This document shows, piece by piece, positions 63,700 through 64,000 of a DNA stretch of 64,000 nucleotides. The stretch is from NCBI RefSeq assembly GCF_041956535.1, contig NW_027192193.1, positions 983,192 through 1,047,191 of the forward strand, given 5' to 3'. How positions within the stretch are numbered: position 1 is the stretch's first letter; every line of letters begins with the position of its first letter. Under the pieces are notes generated by a model. The model saw only the letters and a program-made list of their open reading frames with translations, did no database searches and was not told where the DNA came from. Made by a program: the position numbers and the translations under genes. The stretch comes from Calcarisporiella thermophila CBS 279.70. Lineage: Eukaryota > Fungi > Calcarisporiellomycota.

Positions 63700-64000
63700 A
63701 TGTCGCTCAAGGTAAGTCCAGTAACAATGGACATTGTCGCTCGGACCTATGTGCTTATCAACCTATGCTGCCTTTAATATAGTACGAGATAGAAACATGG
63801 CACGAAGCTGTGGTGGCCTTTGAGAACAAAGACTATGAAAAGTCGATCGAGATATTTAGTGTAAGGACGGATAGATATCCTATTGTTTGCAACCTTCTCT
63901 CAATCCCAGCCCTTCCTCTAGAGTATTGCAGGCCATAGCAAGATATTTTTCAACATAGGATTGATTCTCTCCAACATGAACCAACTGGAGGAAGCGGTAA
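63700..64000 (+). CDS. noxR: NADPH oxidase regulator NoxR (p67phox homolog), 5' part
   Basis: MSLK|YEIETWHEAVVAFENKDYEKSIEIFS|SIAGHSKIFFNIG matches the fungal NoxR N-terminal TPR. Confidence 0.88.

Noticed and set aside
8941-64000. Functional cluster of tetraspanin and NoxR
   Set aside because: They are ~54 kb apart with unrelated housekeeping genes between them; likely coincidence

Overview
This is a gene-dense eukaryotic window with short GT-AG introns (mostly ~50-100 nt), most consistent with an early-diverging (non-Dikarya) fungus. That assignment is inferred from fungal NoxR, Ras2-type and Vps34 genes alongside animal-like retentions (ALADIN, soluble CHCHD4-type Mia40, Arl8, ATP-dependent DAG kinase). 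About 28 protein genes are present, mostly housekeeping and often in tight head-to-head pairs. The stand-out is an intronless, bacterial-type membrane-anchored GGDEF diguanylate cyclase (46421-47140, -). It has an intact active site, lacks an RxxD I-site, sits between spliced fungal genes and carries the same upstream CAGTCACA motif as host genes, making it a candidate for c-di-GMP signalling in a fungus. Other highlights are a ~570-nt highly base-paired candidate ncRNA between VPS34 and noxR, a 2-nt microexon in ras and a 5-nt microexon in the DAG kinase gene. Coordinates of spliced genes span start codon to stop codon and were read by eye.
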